Positions 45,120 through 55,907 of a stretch of 64,000 bases of DNA are shown one piece after another. The stretch comes from an uncultured Actinomycetes bacterium (lineage in GTDB: Bacteria > Actinomycetota > Actinomycetes > S36-B12 > UBA10799), in contig CAYYRC010000001.1 in the NCBI GenBank assembly GCA_964474045.1, positions 49,023 through 113,022 of the forward strand, given 5' to 3'. The notes beneath the pieces were generated by a model, which was given only the letters and a program-made list of their open reading frames with translations, had not been told where the DNA came from and did no database searches. The number at the start of each line of letters is the position of its first letter. Position 1 is the first letter of the stretch. A program made the translations under genes and the position numbers.

Positions 45120-45866
45120 GTGGATCGTGCCGAGGGCGAGGTCCGGCCAACTCGGTCCGGCCGCCACACGTTCGGTCGGATCACTGTGGACTATGGGGCC
45201 AGGGAGGTCTACGTCGACGGCGAGCCGATCGGTCTCACGCGGGTGGAGTTCGACATCGTCGACCTGCTCAGCAGCGCGCCGCGGGAGGCCTATCGGCCCG
45301 ATCAGATCGTCGGGCTCATCTGGGACGAGCGATGGTTCGATGATGTGCCGGCGGTGTCGGCCCACATCAGCAGGCTGCGGCACAAACTCGGCAGCGCCGC
45401 GGACGAGTGCCTGTCGGCCAACCTTGACGATGGTTACCGGTGGCGAGCACCGGAGAGCGGTCTGGGTTTGGCGCGGTCGCTCTGGGACGACGGCGTCTGG
45501 GGCGCCGCCTTGGCCTATTCCGGGGCCGTTCTGCTGCGGGTGGATAGCCAGATCACGCTGCTGTCTGCCTCGCCGGCGGACACGTCGGTCATGGGACGCC
45601 TGCCCAGCGCCTACGTCGGCCACTACTTCCCGCTGGACGGCAACCCGCTGCTCGTCGCAGACCCGGCGCCGGTGCGGGCCCGCGCGGAGCTGGAGCTGCG
45701 TCGCGGCGTGCGCGAGTACCGGCAGATGGCCTTCTGGCGCGATGCCGACGCCGTGCGCATGACCGAGTTCCAGACCCGCATCATCGCCGACGATGACGGC
45801 GACTTCGCCGGCCTCGAGGCTATCGCGCGCGACGTCCCCGGGAGCGTGGACCAACTCCTGCGCTAG
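45120..45866 (+). CDS. OmpR/PhoB-type winged-helix DNA-binding protein without a receiver domain
   Basis: GTG at 45120 within track ORF 44898..45866. The wHTH is [30 protein letters not shown]...[13 protein letters not shown]...GYRW. An uncharacterised domain of about 140 aa follows. Confidence 0.65.
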   Translation: MDRAEGEVRPTRSGRHTFGRITVDYGAREVYVDGEPIGLTRVEFDIVDLLSSAPREAYRPDQIVGLIWDERWFDDVPAVSAHISRLRHKLGSAADECLSANLDDGYRWRAPESGLGLARSLWDDGVWGAALAYSGAVLLRVDSQITLLSASPADTSVMGRLPSAYVGHYFPLDGNPLLVADPAPVRARAELELRRGVREYRQMAFWRDADAVRMTEFQTRIIADDDGDFAGLEAIARDVPGSVDQLLR

Positions 45867-45938
45867 CCGGTGTTCGTTCTCAGCAACCTCTCAGGATCGG
45901 CTCAGGTCGCCTTCATCCCAGGCCGCCACAGTTGAGGC

Positions 45939-46574
45939 ATGTCAGAACAATCACCCCTGAACCCCGCCCAGCCCCCTCGCTCGCAGCCCCCCATCTCGCA
46001 GCCTCCTGCCGTGCCGCCCGCGGGCTACCCCCAACAACCCGCGGATGGCTGGCGCGATGCCTATGACAAGGAGCGGAAGAAGTTCCGCATCGCCTCGGCC
46101 GCTGCCGCAGTGGCGGCGGTCATCGCCGTCGTCGCGCTTGTGTGGGGCGTCGCCCAGAACCAGTCCAGCTCGACCGTCGCCGGCGGCAGCGGCGGGCAGT
46201 TCGCAGGGGGCGCCGGGCAGTTCCCTGGAGATGGTCAGTTCCCGGGCTACGGCGCACCAGGCGGACAGATGGGCCCCGGCGGCCAGGACGGCCAGGGCGG
46301 TCCGGGAATGGGCCGCATCGCCGAGCAGCTCCTGAACGCCGACGGCACCGTCAACACCACCGCAGTCGCAGAGCTGAAGTCCCAGTCCGAGTCCGGCACC
46401 GCCCCGCCGCTGCAGGTATTTGCCCAGATCATCCCGCGCGAGGTCCAGCATGGCGACTTGACCCAGGCCCAGGCCGACCAGATCCTGGCCGCGCTCGGGG
46501 TCTCGGCCGCCACGACCACCACCAGCCCCAAGGCAGCCGCATCGCCCTCCGCGAGTGCGACGAGCGGCGCCTGA
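45939..46574 (+). CDS. Pro/Gly/Gln-rich single-pass membrane protein
   Basis: 211 aa with one TM helix (AAAAVAAVIAVVALVWGV), then a GGQF/PGG low-complexity stretch and a helical C-terminus. Confidence 0.5.
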   Translation: MSEQSPLNPAQPPRSQPPISQPPAVPPAGYPQQPADGWRDAYDKERKKFRIASAAAAVAAVIAVVALVWGVAQNQSSSTVAGGSGGQFAGGAGQFPGDGQFPGYGAPGGQMGPGGQDGQGGPGMGRIAEQLLNADGTVNTTAVAELKSQSESGTAPPLQVFAQIIPREVQHGDLTQAQADQILAALGVSAATTTTSPKAAASPSASATSGA

Positions 46575-46575
46575 C

Positions 46576-47258
<683 letters not shown>

Positions 47259-47262
<4 letters not shown>

Positions 47263-48659
47263 AGCTCGGAACCATGATCAACCAGAGTCTGCGCAATCTC
47301 GCCGGCAACCCGGTGCGCTCGGTGCTCACGGTGCTCGGGGTCGTGATCGGCATCGCGGCCGTGATCGCCGTGGTGGCAGTGGGGAAGGGCCTGCAGCAGA
47401 ACGTCTCCGGCTCGATCTCATCGCTGAACCCCGAGCGAATCACGCTGACGTCTCAAGATCCGGCGCGCCCGACCTCCCAGCGTGCGATGCCCGGGATGGG
47501 TGGGCCTCCCGAGGGCGGCGGCGGTGGTGCGGCCGCAGGGCAGCGCGGCGGCTTCACGTTCAACAGCACCGAGGCCGCCATCACGCCGGCCGATGTCACA
47601 GCGCTGTCCTCGGTGGCGGGAGTCGCGGCTGTCAGCCCCGAGGCCAGCAAGCAGCTGGACGTCACCACCACTGCCGACGCCAGCACGGCGAGCGGCTACC
47701 AGGTCGTCGGCGTCGCCTCGGCGTACGCCCAGATGAAGGACCTGACCGCGGCGTCGGGCGCCTGGCTCACGGCCGACCAGGTCGCCAGCAGCGCCAACGT
47801 CGTGGTGCTGGGCTCGGAGGCCGCCACGGAGCTGTTTCCAGCGGGCAACGCGGTGGGCCAGACGATCTATGTCTCGGACAAGCCGATGACGGTCGTGGGG
47901 GTGCTGGCCGCGACGGCGACCGCGCAGCCGGGGGCAGGGGCCGCCGACAGCGGACCACCCGGCGGCCCTGGCGGCGGTCCCGGTTCCGGCGGTCCCGGGG
48001 GATCCTTCGGCAACGCCGACTCGAAGATCTTCACCGGCTACTTGGAATGGGCCTCGATCACGGGAGCGACAGCGTTCTCCTCGGTGCTCGTCGACGCCGC
48101 CAGCGCCGATGACGTCGAGGCCACTTCCACGGCCATCGACGCGCTGCTCCGCTCCGCCCACGGCATCGCGGACGGGGCCAACTCCAACGTGGGGGTGCAG
48201 ACTGCCGCCGACATCCTGGCAGCGAGGTCGCAGATCAGCAGTGGCTTCACGACGGCCCTGACGGGTATCGCCGCCGTGTCGCTCCTGGTGGGCGGCATCG
48301 GCATCATGAACATCATGCTGGTGACGGTCTCCGAGCGCACGCGCGAGATCGGCCTGCGCCGGGCGGTCGGGGCCAAGCGGCGTGCTATCGCAGGGCAGTT
48401 CCTGGTCGAGGCGCTCGTGCTGACGCTCATCGGCGGCGTGCTGGGCCTCGGCCTGGGCTTCCTGCTCAGCCTCACCGCCGGCAGTTGGCTCACAGCGATT
48501 CCGGGAGCGCGGCCGGGCAGCACCATCCAAGGGGTGGTCGACCCCCAGGTCGCCCTGTTGGCGGTGGGCATCGCGGCCGTGATCGGCATGGTCTTCGGGC
48601 TGTTCCCGGCGATCCGAGCGGCGCGGATGGACCCCGCGGCGGCGCTGCGCTACGAATGA
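47259..48659 (+). CDS. ABC transporter permease (MacB-like, FtsX domain)
   Basis: 466 aa with an ATGA overlap. It has an N-terminal TM helix, a large extracytoplasmic domain and a C-terminal FtsX block (RTREIGLRRAVGAKRRAI). Confidence 0.85.
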
Positions 48660-48678
48660 CCGGGGCCCTCGTGCCAGG

Positions 48679-49962
48679 TCAGCCCGGGGAGGTCGGCGAC
48701 GCCCCCGCGGACTCGCTGGCGCTCGGTGGCGGCGGCACCAGCCCGGCGTCGGCGAGCTCGGACATCATGGCGCGGGCCACGAGGTCCGCCGGAGCGGTCG
48801 GCTGCGGCTCGCTGGTGATGTCGGAGTTCACCATCACGACGATGGAGGTCTTCGAGTTCGGCTGGTACGCGGCGAACGTCGTGTATCCGGGCAGCGAGCC
48901 GTTGTGGCCCCACCAGCCGTAACGGGTGAAGAAGCCCAGCGCATAGGTCTGCTCCACGTTGTTGGGTGGAACAGTCGACAGGGTGGACTTCTCGCGCTCG
49001 GCCTGCATGGCCTCCGACACCAGCCCGGCTCCGGTGCCCAGCGCGACCGTCCAGACCCGCAGATCGTCGAGGGTCGAGATCATCTCGCCGGCGGTGAATC
49101 CCCAGGACGGGTTCCAGTAAGTGGCGTCCTTGGCCTGCCCCTCTGGCTTGCCCTGTTCGGTGGTGCCGTCCAGGTGCGGCTTGGGCAGGTCGGCGGACAG
49201 TCCCGGGAAAGATGTCTGGGTCATGCCCAGCGGCTGCAGCAGGTTGGTCCGAAAGACCTCGGCCACGGGCTTCCCCGTGATCTGCTCGATGACCATCCCC
49301 AGGAGCACAGTGTTGGTGTTGCTGTACTGCACCTGCGTCCCGGCGGGGAAGCTGGCCGGCGTCGTCTTCACGTAGTCGACCAGTTGCTGGGGGGTGAAGG
49401 TGCGGTCGGGACTGGCGGACCACTCCTCGCCGAACTTCGGGTCGGCGGTGTAGCTCGGGATCCCGCTGGTCATGTTCGCCAGCGTGCGCAGCGTCGCCGT
49501 GTCGGCGTTGGGGACCCCGGGGACGTACTTGCCGATCGGGTCGTCGAGCGACACTCGGCCCTGGTCGGCGAGCTGCAGCAGCGCCATCACGGTGAAGGTC
49601 TTGGTGAGGCTGCCGATTCGGGTGTGGTCGTCGCGCTGGGGGGCCCGCTTGGAGTCCTTGCCGGAGTTGCCCACCGTGCCGATCCAGGTTCCGGCGGGCG
49701 ACCAGACGCCGGCGATCGCTCCTGGGTACTGGAGCTCGGACCTGCTGCCGTCGAGCATCGCCTGCAGCTGCTGTTGGACCTCCGGCGGCAGCGGCGCGTC
49801 TACCGGGGCCGGGAGCTTGCTCGCCAACGACGCCGAGCCGCTGGCCACTGCGGTGGCGCTCCGTTGTGCGCCGCTGCCCGCGCCGCCGCAGCCGCACAGC
49901 AGCAGCAGGGCGGCAGTGCCGGTGGCGGCAAACCACAGGGCGCGCTGCTTGCTCGGGGCCAT
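48679..49962 (-). CDS. Serine hydrolase lipoprotein (beta-lactamase / DD-peptidase fold)
   Basis: Lipobox LLLLCGCGG, the S-x-x-K motif GSLTKTFT and the Y-x-N motif YSNTN. Confidence 0.8.
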   Translation of the reverse strand: MAPSKQRALWFAATGTAALLLLCGCGGAGSGAQRSATAVASGSASLASKLPAPVDAPLPPEVQQQLQAMLDGSRSELQYPGAIAGVWSPAGTWIGTVGNSGKDSKRAPQRDDHTRIGSLTKTFTVMALLQLADQGRVSLDDPIGKYVPGVPNADTATLRTLANMTSGIPSYTADPKFGEEWSASPDRTFTPQQLVDYVKTTPASFPAGTQVQYSNTNTVLLGMVIEQITGKPVAEVFRTNLLQPLGMTQTSFPGLSADLPKPHLDGTTEQGKPEGQAKDATYWNPSWGFTAGEMISTLDDLRVWTVALGTGAGLVSEAMQAEREKSTLSTVPPNNVEQTYALGFFTRYGWWGHNGSLPGYTTFAAYQPNSKTSIVVMVNSDITSEPQPTAPADLVARAMMSELADAGLVPPPPSASESAGASPTSPG

Positions 49963-50219
49963 CAGGAACCGTCCGCGTGAGCCAGCCGGCGCAGCGGCGG
50001 CTCGGTCCGGGGCGGCACCCGACGGGCCGGAAGCGCTTCGATCACGGTGGCGGTCGCGGCGGCCACGGCGGCCACCGCCTGCTGGAACTCAGGACGCTGC
50101 ATGCCCGCAGCCGTCGTGATCCCGGTGACCTTGCGGACGTACTGCAGCGCAGCTGCCTGGACCTCCGCCTGCGTCGCGGGCGGCTCGAGACCGCGCAGAG
50201 CGGTGATGTTGCGGCACAT
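49962..50219 (-). CDS. DUF2277-like small protein
   Basis: Track ORF trimmed to MCRNITALRGLEPPAT at 50219, which I recall as the characteristic DUF2277 N-terminus. Confidence 0.55.
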   Translation of the reverse strand: MCRNITALRGLEPPATQAEVQAAALQYVRKVTGITTAAGMQRPEFQQAVAAVAAATATVIEALPARRVPPRTEPPLRRLAHADGS

Positions 50220-50264
50220 GGCGCCAACGTATCGGGCGTGATGCACGTTCCGGGTAGCCGCGCG

Positions 50265-51065
50265 TCAGGTGCCGCTCGGACACGATGCGGGGGGCACGCC
50301 GTCGAGCTGTCCCTGAGTGAGGCTGGTGAGCGTGAGCTCCATGGCATCAGGTTGCACCGCGCCCGGCGTGTCGGCATACGGGTGGTCGAAGAACGCGATC
50401 ACCACCAAGGCCGCCGAGGCCACGAAGAGCGGCCCGATCACCACCAGCGCGTGCCCCCACGCGGGCTTGGAGCTGTCGGCGTAGACGAACAGGGAGCCAA
50501 CGGTGATCAGCGAGCCGAAGATGAGCAGCAGCCACAGGATCGCGGGCACGCTGTTGCCGGCGGCCTGCAGGCGCTCGATGTGGGCGGCGTGACGCTGGAC
50601 GTTGGCCGCCTCCCAGATGGCCAGGCCCGGACCCGCCGCGGTCGGCTGAGCGGCGAGGATGCTGTCCATCTTGTTGAGCGTCTGACGCACCGGTGGCAGC
50701 ACGGCGGTGTCGCCCTGCTGCATCGAGGGCCACTCGACTTGGATGACCTCCTGCGCGTAGCAGGCCAACTGGTCGCGCAGCGGGTCCCGCAGGGTGGCCG
50801 GCATGAACGTGGCCGCGCGGGACATCGCGGTCACCGCCTCAGCCTCGGTCTGCGACGCCTGCTGCGCGTCGAGGTACTGCGAGAAGGTCAGCGACATGGT
50901 GAAGGCGATGAGCAGCGACATGGCACCGCCGGTCACGACGTACACATTGGTGGGCGTCTGCTCGCCGCGACCGCCCTCCGGGCTGTGCCGCGCCACGAAG
51001 ACGTAGAGCAGGGAACCCACGATGAGCGTCGCCATCACGATGATGATCGCGGTCACCAGGTTCAC
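50265..51065 (-). CDS. DUF4239-like membrane protein
   Basis: 266 aa with TM helices at both ends and a central soluble region. Its start overlaps the signal peptidase stop (GTGA). The family call is from recollection. Confidence 0.55.
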   Translation of the reverse strand: MNLVTAIIIVMATLIVGSLLYVFVARHSPEGGRGEQTPTNVYVVTGGAMSLLIAFTMSLTFSQYLDAQQASQTEAEAVTAMSRAATFMPATLRDPLRDQLACYAQEVIQVEWPSMQQGDTAVLPPVRQTLNKMDSILAAQPTAAGPGLAIWEAANVQRHAAHIERLQAAGNSVPAILWLLLIFGSLITVGSLFVYADSSKPAWGHALVVIGPLFVASAALVVIAFFDHPYADTPGAVQPDAMELTLTSLTQGQLDGVPPASCPSGT

Positions 51066-51844
51066 GTCGGAATGCTAGTTCGTGCGTCGGCGTTTCGCCT
51101 TCGAGCATGGCGGGCGCGCGGTTCGGGCTCGGCCAGCTCAGAGGCGAGCAGATAGCCCGCGGCGGACACGGCCAGTGCCGCGTAGGCCATGGCCTGGTTG
51201 GGCCAGACCGGTGTGCCGACGAGCACCCCGGCGGCGACGGCGGCGAAGCAGGTGGCGGTGGCGACGAGGGTCAGCACCTGCAGCGGACCGTACTCGGCCG
51301 ACGCGGGCGCGACCTGGGTGCCGACGCGTCGCCGCCGCCGTCGGTGCCACGGTAGGTAGCACATCGCCGCCAGCGCCGCGGCCACCATGGCGGGAACGGC
51401 GGGATGCTCGCAGGACCAGCGCAACGCCGACCCGAGCCGCGGAACCGTCAGCACAACCGCCCCGCTGATAGCCCCGTCCGCCACGCGCCAGGAATCCGGC
51501 ACGTCGTTGTTGTCGCCCTGGCTGACCCAGCCCGTCGCCGCGCTGCCACCGACAAGCCTATGCATGACGTGGCCGCCGTATTGCTCGTAGACCACGACGT
51601 CGCCCACCCGGTAGGACGAGCGCTGGCGGGCGACGACCAGTGACCCTCCCGGCAGGGCGGGCTCCATCGAGTGGCCGGTCACCAGGGCGTAGGTGGTCAG
51701 ACCGCCGACCTGGCCGGGTGCGAGGGCGAACCAAGCGCATCCCGCCAGGAGGACGAGCAGCGCGAGCCGCAGCCAGCGCCAGGTCCCGACCTCGGTCGGG
51801 ACTCGCGGGGCGCCGGGCGGGCAGTGGCGCGGAGCGGGAACCAT
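51062..51844 (-). CDS. Signal peptidase I, SipW/archaeal type
   Basis: Track ORF 51062..52378 trimmed to the ATG at 51844. N-terminal TM helix, catalytic Ser block LVTGHSMEPALPGGSLVV, the block WVSQGDNNDVPD, and extra C-terminal TM helices. Confidence 0.75.
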   Translation of the reverse strand: MVPAPRHCPPGAPRVPTEVGTWRWLRLALLVLLAGCAWFALAPGQVGGLTTYALVTGHSMEPALPGGSLVVARQRSSYRVGDVVVYEQYGGHVMHRLVGGSAATGWVSQGDNNDVPDSWRVADGAISGAVVLTVPRLGSALRWSCEHPAVPAMVAAALAAMCYLPWHRRRRRRVGTQVAPASAEYGPLQVLTLVATATCFAAVAAGVLVGTPVWPNQAMAYAALAVSAAGYLLASELAEPEPRARHARRRNADARTSIPT

Positions 51845-51861
51845 CGCGGCCCACCTGCCTC

Positions 51862-52344
51862 CTACTCCCAGGTCTTGGCGATCGTGATGTCGACGGTGCC
51901 GAAGTCCTTGGCCTTCACCGGGCCCACGCGGCTTCCGGCTGGGACCAAGGTGCCGCCGGCGGGGGCGGGCGCCGTGTCGTAGAACTGGCCGGTCGTGGCG
52001 TCGAATGTGAACGTGAGCGTGGTCGCGCCGCCGCTGGGGAACTGGTACACGGCGTAGGCGTTCACCGGCGTTCCCGTCAGGGCGGCGTCGACCAGCATGG
52101 TCTGCCCGCCGCAGTTGGTCATGTCCCCGGCGACCGTGACGTGGGTGACGCGGTTGTTGTCGTGCCCGCCTTGCTCGACCGGGTTGGTGACCACCAGCGG
52201 ACCGGCACAGGCGGCCTCGGTCTTCCCGCTGCCGGGAGCCGTATCCGAGCCAGACAGGTCGAGCAGCGAGGCGCCGACGCCGACGATGCCGAAAGCGATC
52301 GTCGCCGCCGCGACGGCTGCCGCCAGCTTCCTCATGGTGTCCAC
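51862..52344 (-). CDS. Secreted protein with SipW-cognate/alternate-type signal peptide (paralog A)
   Basis: 160 aa. Signal MRKLAAAVAAATIAFGIVGVGASLLDLSGSD. It shares long identical blocks with 53271..53747 (NPVEQ.GHD.NRVTHV, GQTMLV, PAGGTLVPAGSR, and the ending (A/I)(K/R)TWE). Confidence 0.65.
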   Translation of the reverse strand: MDTMRKLAAAVAAATIAFGIVGVGASLLDLSGSDTAPGSGKTEAACAGPLVVTNPVEQGGHDNNRVTHVTVAGDMTNCGGQTMLVDAALTGTPVNAYAVYQFPSGGATTLTFTFDATTGQFYDTAPAPAGGTLVPAGSRVGPVKAKDFGTVDITIAKTWE

Positions 52345-52450
52345 CTCCGCCTCGGGTCCGCGGGCGCTCTTCCCTCACTTCCAGTCTCGGCCCCGGCGTC
52401 GGCGCCGGATACGGGCTTAGGTGCCTAGCGGCGGCAGACCCCGCGTGCAG

Positions 52451-53113
52451 TTAGCCGGGCGGCTCGCCTTGGCCCTGGTCATGCAGGTGGGTGATGAAGG
52501 CCGCAGCCTGGGTCCGGCGCTGCATCGACAGCTTGCGCAGCAGCGATGTGACGTAGTGCTTGACCGTGCGCTCGGACAGGTACATCCGCTGGGCTATCTG
52601 GCGGTTGGTGCAGCCCTCGCCGATCAGGTTCAGCACCCGCTTCTCCTGCGGCGACAGGGCGGCCCACATCGGATCAGGCTCCCCGGCGTTGCCGTCAGCG
52701 GTCCTGAGCGACGTGGCGGGGTCGATCAGCACGTCGCCGGCGGCGACGCGGCGCACGGCGTCGATCAGCTCTTCTCCGGCGACGTCTTTGATGAAGTAGC
52801 CAGCCGCTCCGGCCAGGGCGGCGTCCACCTCGGCGCGTTCGTCGCTGAAGGACGTGATCATGAGCACGGCCACCGACGGCACCGCGGAGCGGACCTCGCG
52901 GCACACCTCGATGCCGCTCTCGTCACCCAGGCGGACATCGAGCAGAAGCACGTCGGGCCGTGTGGCTCGGACCCTACCGAGGGCGGCAGCCGCCGTGGCC
53001 GCCTCACCGACGACCTCGAAGCCGTCCTCGGCGTCGAAGAGCGAGCTCAGCCCCAGCCGGACCATCTCATGGTCGTCCACCACGAAGACCCGGATGGGCG
53101 GCTGGTCGGGCAT
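52451..53113 (-). CDS. NarL/LuxR-family response regulator
   Basis: Track ORF trimmed to MPDQPPIRVFVVDDHEM at 53113. The receiver looks intact (DD, LLLDVRL, T, K in YFIKD). LuxR HTH is LSPQEKRVLNLIGEGCTNRQIAQRMYLSERTVKHYV. Confidence 0.9.
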   Translation of the reverse strand: MPDQPPIRVFVVDDHEMVRLGLSSLFDAEDGFEVVGEAATAAAALGRVRATRPDVLLLDVRLGDESGIEVCREVRSAVPSVAVLMITSFSDERAEVDAALAGAAGYFIKDVAGEELIDAVRRVAAGDVLIDPATSLRTADGNAGEPDPMWAALSPQEKRVLNLIGEGCTNRQIAQRMYLSERTVKHYVTSLLRKLSMQRRTQAAAFITHLHDQGQGEPPG

Positions 53114-53270
53114 CGCCCTCCCTCTCGAAGACATCCCCAGCAGCATACGGCGGGTAGTTGGTTGAAGCCGCAACGACATGGTTGGCGAGCACTCTCTGCG
53201 ACCAAGGGCCGTAGCGCCCGCGGTGGACGTCGACCACGCTGGAAGTGCGGCAGGTGAGGAGGTGGGCGCA

Positions 53271-53747
53271 GTGGCTCGCAGGCGAATGGTCGCGCTGGCC
53301 ATCTCCGGGGCGGCGCTGGCACTGGTCGCTGCCGGGGCGTCGCTGCTCGTGCTGGACGGCTCGGACCCGGCGCCCGGCAGCGGTGTCACGCAGGCCGAAT
53401 GCACCGACGAGGTAGTCGTCAGCAACCCTGTGGAGCAGGCCGGGCACGACAGCAACCGCGTCACCCACGTTGCCATCGACGGCGACATGACAGCCTGCGC
53501 AGGTCAGACCATGCTGGTCGAGGTGGACCTGGACGGCATCGGAGTGGCACATGGCTATGCCGTCTACCAAGTGCCGCCTGGCACCACGGCTGTCGACCTC
53601 GTGTTCGACGACCACGCGGGGGACTTCTACGACACCCAGCCGACCCCGGCAGGAGGCACCTTGGTCCCGGCCGGATCACGGCTGGACCCGCCCAAGGCCA
53701 CAGAGTTCGGGCTGGTCACAGTCACTATTGCCCGGACTTGGGAGTAG
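53271..53747 (+). CDS. Secreted protein with SipW-cognate/alternate-type signal peptide (paralog B)
   Basis: GTG at 53271, 6 nt after GAGGAGG, within track ORF 53178..53747. Signal VARRRMVALAISGAALALVAAGASLLVLDGSD. 158 aa, colinear with paralog A. Confidence 0.65.
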   Translation: MARRRMVALAISGAALALVAAGASLLVLDGSDPAPGSGVTQAECTDEVVVSNPVEQAGHDSNRVTHVAIDGDMTACAGQTMLVEVDLDGIGVAHGYAVYQVPPGTTAVDLVFDDHAGDFYDTQPTPAGGTLVPAGSRLDPPKATEFGLVTVTIARTWE

Positions 53748-54729
53748 CCGCCTCGGCAGGTTCGGCAGCTGTCGTGGCGCGCTGCGTCCGCAGGAACCAG
53801 AAGAAGCACAGCGTCGCGACCGCGCAGAGCGCGTGCCACACCGCGTGTGCTTGCAGGACGCCGTCCGGCTGGCACAGCGCGCTGCCGGACTTGCCAGTGG
53901 TCCAGATCGCGTAGGCCGCCAGGAACGACGCCATCCCCGCCCAGAACCAGGGCGTGTAGGTTCGCCGAACCCCAGATGGTCCCCGGCTGATGAGCGCAGG
54001 CAGCCAGAACAGCACGATCCACCAGTAGCGGTCGAGGTTGCCCAGGATCGTCCCCGGACCGATACCGAAGGCGAGCGCGACTGCGAACCCCACGAATCCC
54101 GACAGCCAGCGCGCCGTCGGCGAGCCGAAGCGAACCAGGAACTCCGAGATGATCCACAACGGGATCGACACCTTGAACAGGTCCAGGTGGATGCCGAAGT
54201 CGGGGGCGATCGCGACGTAGCCAATGGCGTACAGCCCGACGATCGCCGCGTAGGCCGCGGCGAACGCCCGCAGCGACCAGCGCCCGAGCACGGCGAAGTT
54301 GTAGAGCCAGGGCACGACGATGTAGGCCACCATCGACAGGTTGTCGAGCCAGGCGCCGACGAAGGTGTGGCTGGCGTGCATGAGCATCGAGCCCGGGCCC
54401 AGGAACACGGAGGCGCCCGCATAGAGCAGTGCCAGCGGCTGATTGCCGATAAACGGGTTGCGACGCGGGGTGCCGCGCGTGGTGTCGCGTGCGAGGACCG
54501 CGAACATCGCCAGGCCGGCAGCGATGAAAGCAAGGTTGCCCAGCGTGTTCAGGGGCTCGCGCAGCAACCCGCCCGACACCCGCTCGCACCAGCGCGACAC
54601 CTCGCCGATGGCCTGCTCGTTGGCCGCCGGCGCCCACCAACCCAGGTATCCCGCAGCGATGAACAAGGCCGCGAACGCCGCGAGCGCGACCAGCGCGATG
54701 GCGAGGGGTCGGTATGCGGCTGTTCGCAC
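53725..54729 (-). CDS. Ceramidase-like (CREST-type) integral membrane hydrolase
   Basis: 334 aa, about 7 TM. REPLNTLGNLAF resembles the EP.NT.SN motif, and a C-terminal HAVWHALCAV His pair is present. Confidence 0.55.
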   Translation of the reverse strand: MRTAAYRPLAIALVALAAFAALFIAAGYLGWWAPAANEQAIGEVSRWCERVSGGLLREPLNTLGNLAFIAAGLAMFAVLARDTTRGTPRRNPFIGNQPLALLYAGASVFLGPGSMLMHASHTFVGAWLDNLSMVAYIVVPWLYNFAVLGRWSLRAFAAAYAAIVGLYAIGYVAIAPDFGIHLDLFKVSIPLWIISEFLVRFGSPTARWLSGFVGFAVALAFGIGPGTILGNLDRYWWIVLFWLPALISRGPSGVRRTYTPWFWAGMASFLAAYAIWTTGKSGSALCQPDGVLQAHAVWHALCAVATLCFFWFLRTQRATTAAEPAEAATPKSGQ

Positions 54730-54821
54730 CGGACGAGCCTAGTGGAATCCGCCGGGACCCACCCGCGCCGTGACGCCTGGGCCGCCTGGCGTTCCCGCGG
54801 GGCAGTGGGAGAGTAGGGGCC

Positions 54822-55907
54822 ATGAACCGCGACCTGTCCGCCGCAGTGGCGCGTTCGTGGGACCCCGACGAGTACCCGGCCCTCGCGGCCCAGGCCGACA
54901 CGTGGATGGTCGACCGTCCCCTGGCCGGTATGCGGGTGCTCGACGCGACGCCGGTCTACGCCAACACCATGGTCAAGTACGCCGCGCTGCTGGCGGGTGG
55001 TGCGCAGGTCACGGTTGGCGCCCCGACCGGCATCCCGGCCGACGCGGATGTGCTGCGGCGGCTGCCCGACTTCAGTATCGCCGTCGCGACGCCGGCGGAC
55101 CTGGAGCGCACCTACGACGTCGTGCTCGACTGCGCCGGCGCCCATGCAGGTGTGGCCAGCCGCTTCGGCTACGCCGAGCTCACCCGCTCCGGTCTGGAGC
55201 GGTACGCGGGCTGCCCGCAGCCGGTGGTGATGGTGGACTCCGGTCTGGTCAAACAGATCGAGACCACGCTCGGCACCGGTGACGGCTTCCTGCGCGCGAT
55301 GGTGCAGCTGGGGCACCCGGTTCGCGCCGGGGCCCCGGTCGTGGTGCTGGGCGGCGGGAAGGTGGGCTTCGGCGTCGCCGCCGCATGCAGGCGCGCAGGG
55401 GCGACCGTCACCGTCGTCGACCCCCGCCCGGTGGCGGTGCCGGAGGGCGCCGACTGGGTCGACTCCGCAGACGCGGGTGGCGTGGCGCAGGTGGTGGCAG
55501 CGGCCTGGTGCGTGGTGTCGGCGACGGGTCGGCGCGATGCGCTGGCGCCGCTGGCGGAGCAGCTGGTGGGTGGGCGCGCCCTGCTGGCCAACATGGGCGC
55601 CGAGGACGAGTTCGGCGCGGGAGTCCCAGCCGCGCGGGCCCTCAACGGCAAGGTCCCGGTCAACTTCGTGCTGGCCGAGCCCACGCGGCTGCGCTATCTG
55701 GACCCCACGCTGGCGCTCAGCAACGCGGCTGCCCTCGAGCTCGCAGACGGCCGGGTTCCAGCCGGCGTCCATGCGCCCGACGCAGAGCTGGAGCGGTCGA
55801 TCATGGCGCAGGTCCGCGCGGTCGGCACCCTCGCTGCCGAGCTCGACGCTGCCTTGCCGTCGCTGGCCGGCCTCGGCACCCCCGACCGGCAGGACCAGCG
55901 GCCATGA
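54822..55907 (+). CDS. Divergent S-adenosylhomocysteine-hydrolase-like NAD-binding protein
   Basis: 361 aa, colinear with AHCY blocks: PLAGMRVLDATPVYANTMVKYAALLAGGAQVTV, VVLDCAGA, KQIETTLGTG, the Rossmann motif VVVLGGGKVGFGVAAACRRAGATVTVVD, VVSATG and LLANMG. It is shorter than canonical AHCY. Confidence 0.55.
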   Translation: MNRDLSAAVARSWDPDEYPALAAQADTWMVDRPLAGMRVLDATPVYANTMVKYAALLAGGAQVTVGAPTGIPADADVLRRLPDFSIAVATPADLERTYDVVLDCAGAHAGVASRFGYAELTRSGLERYAGCPQPVVMVDSGLVKQIETTLGTGDGFLRAMVQLGHPVRAGAPVVVLGGGKVGFGVAAACRRAGATVTVVDPRPVAVPEGADWVDSADAGGVAQVVAAAWCVVSATGRRDALAPLAEQLVGGRALLANMGAEDEFGAGVPAARALNGKVPVNFVLAEPTRLRYLDPTLALSNAAALELADGRVPAGVHAPDAELERSIMAQVRAVGTLAAELDAALPSLAGLGTPDRQDQRP

